DNA of 50,492 nt, filler included, from Catajapyx aquilonaris (lineage: Eukaryota): NCBI GenBank assembly GCA_000934665.2. It is 2 parts of 2 records of this genome, joined end to end, with 100 filler letters (N's around TTAATTAATTAA, not from the genome) between each part and the next. Parts side by side here need not be neighbours in the genome. Positions count along the whole stretch, not along the records: positions 25,312 to 50,492 come from JYFJ02005415.1; 1 more part is not named here. One strand, given 5' to 3'. This document shows, one piece after another, positions 49,763 through 50,492 of the stretch. The position numbers were made by a program, and so were the translations under genes. Position 1 is the first letter of the stretch. Every line of letters starts with the position of its first letter. The notes under the pieces were generated by a model. It saw nothing but the letters and a program-made list of their open reading frames with translations. It was not told the origin of the DNA and searched no databases.

Positions 49763-50059
49763 TATTATTTCTGTGCTCTACTTCACTAGTCAATAAGTAA
49801 CTTCCTTTTCACACACCTTATAATCACTTTACTTGGACCTGGTCTTTCAGCATATCTGTCCCTGACATTTTTACAGATTTTGTGAGTACCTAGACTGCAG
49901 AAACTGGATCCACAATGGGACAATCTAACCACTGCACTGCCATGCATAAAGAATAATCATAACATTTGGAAGTGATTGAGTCCTAAAGTACTTATTTTTA
50001 AAATAACCAAATTGCAAATGCCCCAGTTGCTTTCATAATAATTTCAAGAATTTTACTTC

Positions 50060-50492
50060 CTACTTTGTGAGCCACTTAAAACGCTTTCTTGCAGAAGCAT
50101 GTTCTGGTAGTCCACTGACCCATTTCCTAACACCAACAACAACAACAGATGAGGTAACTAGAAGTGCACCCAAAGCACTCCATGGGCTGATATCATCTTC
50201 AAAAAACAACCACTGCCAGAGAAATGGAAAGACAACATCAGCACTTCTCACAATTGACACAGGACCAGCCTCCTCCCATTTTAATGCTAGAGTAAGAAGC
50301 ATCTGTGCCGTGAAGCTTAGGGGACCTAGCCCCACTATCAGCAGTCGATCGAGCCCACAATTAGGCAAGCACATGGTTCCCTGAACTGCCAATGTTGCTG
50401 ATGCAGTGATTGCAATAGAGACAGTACTTAGGTAAAGGAGAACAACTTCACTCTGGACACCTCGAAGCTTCCGAAGGAGGACATAAACGGCA
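50060..50492 (-). CDS. SLC35G1: Second SLC35G1-like paralog, C-terminal part (5' end outside window)
   Basis: Frame open to the window edge: AVYVLLRKLRGVQSEVVLLYLS...CLPNCGLDRLL...EEAGPVSIVRSADVVF...RKRFKWLTK stop; colinear with 45499-45930. Confidence 0.92.
   Translation of the reverse strand, partial: AVYVLLRKLRGVQSEVVLLYLSTVSIAITASATLAVQGTMCLPNCGLDRLLIVGLGPLSFTAQMLLTLALKWEEAGPVSIVRSADVVFPFLWQWLFFEDDISPWSALGALLVTSSVVVVGVRKWVSGLPEHASARKRFKWLTK

Overview
Eukaryotic, intron-containing DNA, very likely from an arthropod (inferred from an ecdysteroid-kinase-like gene and an insect-like SAD kinase C-terminus). Left half: the last coding exon of a divergent GLYR1/N-PAC-like dehydrogenase-fold gene (+), convergent with a BRSK/SAD kinase gene (-) for which 12 phase-consistent coding exons can be traced (24056 down to 5841); its first coding exon is not visible. 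An artificial 100-bp spacer (44 N, TTAATTAATTAA, 44 N) at 25212-25311 splits the window, so true adjacency of the two halves is unproven. Right half: two identical tRNA-Asp(GTC) genes, a 4-exon TBC1D10-family RabGAP (+), a 2-exon EcKL/CHK kinase (+) and two tandem SLC35G/EamA transporter genes (-; the second runs off the window). Introns and intergenic DNA carry many non-autonomous elements (Tc1/mariner/pogo, hAT, Harbinger-like and Mutator-like MITEs, Helitrons, tRNA-derived and V-domain SINEs, a LINE 3' end), often nested. The most unusual signal is a fully palindromic ~550-bp MITE family (4 copies) with copy-specific, arm-mirrored subterminal cassettes and dense CTCF-like motifs. No novel protein-coding system can be claimed from the sequence alone.
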